This document shows positions 60,205 to 64,000 of a DNA stretch of 64,000 nucleotides, piece by piece. The position numbers were made by a program, and so were the translations under genes. A model generated the notes under the pieces. The model worked only from the letters and a program-made list of their open reading frames with translations, searched no databases and had not been told where the DNA came from. The stretch covers positions 1,888,001 through 1,952,000 of the forward strand of contig OY764265.1 in NCBI GenBank assembly GCA_963668355.1, read 5' to 3'. The DNA comes from Bdellovibrionota bacterium. GTDB lineage: Bacteria > Bdellovibrionota_G > JALEGL01 > DATDPG01. The first letter of the stretch is position 1, and each line of letters starts with the position of its first letter.

Positions 60205-60375
60205 ATGTCACGAAAAAAAGTTTCTACAACCGTTTACATCACTGAAGAGCAAAACGAAAAGCTCAAATTGCTAAACAGCAAGACTAAAGTGCCTGTAGCG
60301 GAGTACATTCGTCAAGGGATTGATATGGTTTTGGAGCAGTATAAGAACCAGATCCCTGGACAAATGTCTTTTTAG
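60205..60375 (+). CDS. Ribbon-helix-helix DNA-binding protein, 56 aa (absent from the ORF track)
   Basis: MSRKKVSTTVYITEEQNEKLKLLNSKTKVPVAEYIRQGIDMVLEQYKNQIPGQMSF. AGAGG RBS; upstream TTGACA-17 nt-TACGGT. Confidence 0.85.
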   Translation: MSRKKVSTTVYITEEQNEKLKLLNSKTKVPVAEYIRQGIDMVLEQYKNQIPGQMSF

Positions 60376-60534
60376 GTCCTGCTTAATAGCTGGGAGCGGC
60401 CATTTTCCTTCATGTTCTCGTGGGATACCGCGGGATACTCCGGGTTCCCTTCGGCATCGGCCTCAAGTTGTTCTTTCTTTTCAAGATGAATTGGGTTCTA
60501 CAAAAAGGATTAATGGTTTATTGATGAGGGCCTA

Positions 60535-61464
60535 ATGAAAATTGTTGTGACAGGTGGAGCGGGGTTTGTTGGATCTCATTTGGTAGATCGTTTGTTAAAC
60601 GAAGGCCATGAGGTCATTGTTTTGGACAATTTGGTTACCGGATCAAAAACCAATCTATCTCATCTTTCGAACACTTCCGGTTTTGAGTTGATCGAGCAGG
60701 ATGTTTCGAAGGGTATTCCAAACCTCGGAAATGTGGATGTCTTTTATCATTTGGCTTCGCCGGCCAGCCCGATTGACTTTGAGCCTCTCGCGATTGAAAT
60801 TCTTCAAGTGGGTTCCTTGGGGACCATGAATGGGTTGAATTTTGCCCGAGAAAAGAAGGCGCATTTCATTTTGGCTTCCACCAGCGAGACGTATGGCGAT
60901 CCGTTGGTCCACCCTCAAAACGAAGAATATCTTGGCAACGTCAATCAAATTGGGGTTCGAGGGGTTTATGATGAGGCCAAACGTTTTTCAGAGGCCGTTA
61001 CGATGGCTTATCGACGCAAACATGGGGTAAAAACCTCCATTGTTCGAATCTTCAATACGTATGGTCCTCGAATGCGTGCCAATGATGGGCGGGTCATACC
61101 GAATTTTATTTCTCAAGCCTTGCGTGGAAATCCTCTGACGGTCTATGGAGATGGACAGCAAACGCGAAGTCTGTGTTTCGTTTCGGATTTGGTGGATGGT
61201 TTGCATCGATTCATGCGCTTTGAACCGAAACTGCCGATCAATTTAGGAAATGATCACGAAATGACCATTCTTTCTTTGGCCGAAGAAACCATTCGTTTAA
61301 CGGGGTCGAAAAGTTCAACAACGTTCCAACCTCTTCCCGAAGGAGATCCGAAACTGAGATGTCCGGTCTTGGATCGGGCACGAGAGTTTCTCAAATGGGA
61401 GCCCAAGGTTTCCCTCCAAGACGGACTCCAAGAAACCATTAACTACTTTAAAAAGATTCTTTAG
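60535..61464 (+). CDS. UDP-glucuronate decarboxylase-family extended SDR
   Basis: GGAGFVG, HLASPASP, ASTSETYGDP, YDEAKR, RIFNTYGPRM. Confidence 0.9.
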   Translation: MKIVVTGGAGFVGSHLVDRLLNEGHEVIVLDNLVTGSKTNLSHLSNTSGFELIEQDVSKGIPNLGNVDVFYHLASPASPIDFEPLAIEILQVGSLGTMNGLNFAREKKAHFILASTSETYGDPLVHPQNEEYLGNVNQIGVRGVYDEAKRFSEAVTMAYRRKHGVKTSIVRIFNTYGPRMRANDGRVIPNFISQALRGNPLTVYGDGQQTRSLCFVSDLVDGLHRFMRFEPKLPINLGNDHEMTILSLAEETIRLTGSKSSTTFQPLPEGDPKLRCPVLDRAREFLKWEPKVSLQDGLQETINYFKKIL

Positions 61465-61476
61465 AAGTTTTTTCCT

Positions 61477-63282
61477 GTGCCCACAAATCTAAAAAGCATC
61501 CGAAATTTTTCGATCATTGCCCACATTGATCACGGAAAGTCCACGTTGGCCGATCGATTTCTTGAGGTTACCGGGGCCATTTCTCATAGAAAAATGGAGG
61601 AACAATTTCTCGATAAGATGGAACTGGAGCGAGAACGGGGAATCACGATTAAGGCGCAATCGGCTCGGTTGGAATATTCTGCCAAAGATGGTCAGCGGTA
61701 TCAATTCAACTTAATTGATACGCCTGGACATGTGGACTTTTCCTATGAGGTGTCTCGCTCCCTGGCTGCTTGTGAAGGTGTGGTTTTATTGGTGGATGCG
61801 ACGCAAGGGGTTCAAGCTCAAACCTTAGCCCATGTTTATTTGGCTTTGGAAAATGAGCTGGAAGTGGTCCTGGTTCTCAACAAGATTGATTTGCCGAGTT
61901 CGGATGTTCCTCGCATTAAACAGGAGATTGAGGACATCATTGGGCTGGATGCATCCGATGCCATCGAAGTCAGTGCAAAGGATGGAACCAATGTGGAAGC
62001 GATTTTGGAGGCCGTGGTTGAGAAAATTCCTCCTCCTCAAGGAGAAGCTTCGGAGCCTCTTCAAGGGCTTTTGTATGACAGTTGGTATGACTCATATTTG
62101 GGCGTGGTTTGTCAGATTCGAGTGTTCAACGGTCAGATTCACAAGGGGATGAAAGTTCGATTCATGGCGACGGGACAAGAGTTCGAAGTGGATCGTGTGG
62201 GAGTCATGAATCCACTTCCTGTGAACGTTTCACAATTGTCTGCTGGGGAAGTTGGATTTTTTTCGGCCTCGATCAAGGATGTCCGAGAAACCAACGTAGG
62301 AGACACGATTACCAACGCGAAGAATCCGGCTTCCAAACCATTGGCCGGTTTTCAACGTGTAAAGTCGATGGTGTTTTGTGGAATTTTCCCGACAGCCGAA
62401 CAAAATTTCAGTGAATTGAGGGATGCTCTTGAAAAACTTCGTCTAAATGATGCCTCTTTCGAATTCGAGCCCGAGACCTCCAAGGCCTTAGGCTTCGGTT
62501 TTCGTTGCGGCTTCTTGGGTCTTTTGCATATGGAGATCATTCAAGAACGCCTGGAGCGCGAATTCGATGTGGATATCATCACGACGGCTCCCACGGTGGT
62601 ATATCGGGCGGTTCTTTTGCATGGTGGAGACGTGTTGGAAATTGAAAACCCTTCCAAGCTTCCTCCTTCGCAGGAAATTGCGGAAATTCAAGAACCCCTG
62701 ATTACGGTTACCATCCACATGCCTACCGAGTATCTGGGGGCAATTCTTTCGTTGTGTGAAGGGAGAAGGGGGCGCCAAGTTTCCATGGAATACCCCACGC
62801 CCAGTCACGTGGTGTTGAAGTATGATCTGCCATTTAACGAAATTGTTTTCGATTTTTATGACAAATTGAAATCGGTGTCGCGTGGATACGCATCTCTGGA
62901 CTATGAGATCAAAGGTTACGAGACCTCGGATTTGGTTCGTTTGGACATTCTCATCAATGGGGATCGTGTGGATGCATTGTCTCTGATTGTGCATCGGGAT
63001 AAGGCGTATTACCGAGGTCGCGAATTGGCCAAGAAAATGAAAGAGGTCATCCCCAAGCAAATGTTTGAGGTGGTGATTCAAGCAGCCATAGGAAATAAGA
63101 TCATTGCGCGGGAAGGCCTTTCGGCTTTGCGAAAGAATGTTACGGCGAAGTGTTATGGAGGCGACATTACGCGGAAACGAAAACTGCTTGAAAGACAAAA
63201 AGAGGGGAAGAAGCGCATGAAAAGATTGGGGAAAGTGGATTTGCCCCAAGAGGCGTTTTTGGCCATTTTGAAGGTTGAGTAG
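61477..63282 (+). CDS. lepA: Translation elongation factor 4
   Basis: [54 protein letters not shown]. Confidence 0.98.
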   Translation: MPTNLKSIRNFSIIAHIDHGKSTLADRFLEVTGAISHRKMEEQFLDKMELERERGITIKAQSARLEYSAKDGQRYQFNLIDTPGHVDFSYEVSRSLAACEGVVLLVDATQGVQAQTLAHVYLALENELEVVLVLNKIDLPSSDVPRIKQEIEDIIGLDASDAIEVSAKDGTNVEAILEAVVEKIPPPQGEASEPLQGLLYDSWYDSYLGVVCQIRVFNGQIHKGMKVRFMATGQEFEVDRVGVMNPLPVNVSQLSAGEVGFFSASIKDVRETNVGDTITNAKNPASKPLAGFQRVKSMVFCGIFPTAEQNFSELRDALEKLRLNDASFEFEPETSKALGFGFRCGFLGLLHMEIIQERLEREFDVDIITTAPTVVYRAVLLHGGDVLEIENPSKLPPSQEIAEIQEPLITVTIHMPTEYLGAILSLCEGRRGRQVSMEYPTPSHVVLKYDLPFNEIVFDFYDKLKSVSRGYASLDYEIKGYETSDLVRLDILINGDRVDALSLIVHRDKAYYRGRELAKKMKEVIPKQMFEVVIQAAIGNKIIAREGLSALRKNVTAKCYGGDITRKRKLLERQKEGKKRMKRLGKVDLPQEAFLAILKVE

Positions 63283-63314
63283 GTCGGGACCCCCAAATGG
63301 GTTAAAATGGAGGG

Positions 63315-63671
63315 ATGGCTGCCCCCCGAAATATCAATATTGTTAGCATTACCATGTTCCTCATAATGGTCGCAGGGGTTTATGGTTCCATTCAATATCT
63401 TCCGTATTATTGGAAAAAGACGAAGCTTGAGGAGCTTGTTAAGAGTGAGTCTTATGGTGCCCGGAGGAAAGATGCCTACGAGGTGACCACAGGAATTGTC
63501 GACCGGGCAGAAAGGGAAATGGGAATCGTCTTAGATCCTGAAGAGATTGTTGTTCTCAAAGATAAGGATCGCGTTCGTGTGGATGTGATTTGGCATTTCT
63601 CAGTTGAACATCCTTTGCACAAAACGACGCATCACTCCTTCAAGGTGACTGCGGAGACCGTGTTCTACTAG
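63315..63671 (+). CDS. Membrane-anchored protein, DUF4845/pilin-like
   Basis: Single N-terminal TM followed by LPYYW and a small alpha/beta domain; follows lepA. Confidence 0.55.
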   Translation: MAAPRNINIVSITMFLIMVAGVYGSIQYLPYYWKKTKLEELVKSESYGARRKDAYEVTTGIVDRAEREMGIVLDPEEIVVLKDKDRVRVDVIWHFSVEHPLHKTTHHSFKVTAETVFY

Positions 63672-63677
63672 GCAGTT

Positions 63678-64000
63678 CTAGGGTTTGACGAAGGATAAAT
63701 AATGTTTGAGTTCGTGGATTGACTCAAAAATATCATCTCGGGCGCGATGTCCTTCTTTTTTGGTCATTCGAATGCCGTATTTGTTTTCGAAAATTTCCTT
63801 AAAAGAAGACACGTCGATGATTCGGTAATGCAGTAAAGATGAAAATCGTTTTAGGTATGCATCGATGAAGCGTCGGTCTTGGCCTACAGAATTTCCACAC
63901 AAAACGGCACGGGTGTTGGGGAAATGTTTTTGTGTGAGAGCAATGAGTTCTTCTTCTACTTTTTCCAAAGGCGTTCCTGATTTAACAGCTTCTGTAAGTC
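63678..64000 (-). CDS. orn: Oligoribonuclease (5' truncated by window edge)
   Basis: LCGNSVGQDRRF, HYRIIDVSSFKE, HRARDDIFESI.EL..Y. Frame is open to the window end. Confidence 0.92.
   Translation of the reverse strand, partial: LTEAVKSGTPLEKVEEELIALTQKHFPNTRAVLCGNSVGQDRRFIDAYLKRFSSLLHYRIIDVSSFKEIFENKYGIRMTKKEGHRARDDIFESIHELKHYLSFVKP

Noticed and set aside
62488..63249. 253-aa minus-strand ORF
   Set aside because: Antisense shadow of lepA.

Overview
Bacterial chromosomal window, gene-dense, probably from a deltaproteobacteria-like lineage (Bdellovibrionota/Myxococcota-like). That placement is inferred from gene content, not established. Housekeeping and nutrient genes: dxs, amtB with a TorF-like porin, a PhoB-like regulator and hybrid kinase, pstSCAB-phoU, prpE, an ArsR-permease-thioredoxin operon, tamAB, pgsA, a lytic transglycosylase, UDP-glucuronate decarboxylase, lepA, orn and tRNA-Ala(GGC). 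These are interleaved with many envelope genes: two TonB-dependent receptors, a YfiR-like protein, a tandem tetra-heme DHOR-family lipoprotein, six GT-C-type membrane glycosyltransferases (two TMTC-like) with a GT2, and many orphan lipoproteins or secreted proteins. Most notable observations: (i) six correctly spaced sigma54 promoter motifs, three with a helically phased IHF-like box, sitting almost only in front of orphan exported-protein genes; (ii) a decayed tRNA-Ala-anchored island (about 47.5-55.3 kb) with large orphan secreted proteins (one with a degenerate histidine-kinase module), an IS30 stub and REP-like inverted repeats; (iii) a 124-nt tRNA-Ala-derived element lacking the D-arm, with a long hairpin in place of the anticodon; (iv) an orphan B12 radical SAM enzyme with SPASM-like and RRE-like extensions; (v) a 56-aa ribbon-helix-helix gene missed by the ORF track. 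No CRISPR array, integrase, intact transposase or rRNA was seen. All calls come from reading motifs by eye; no database searches were run.
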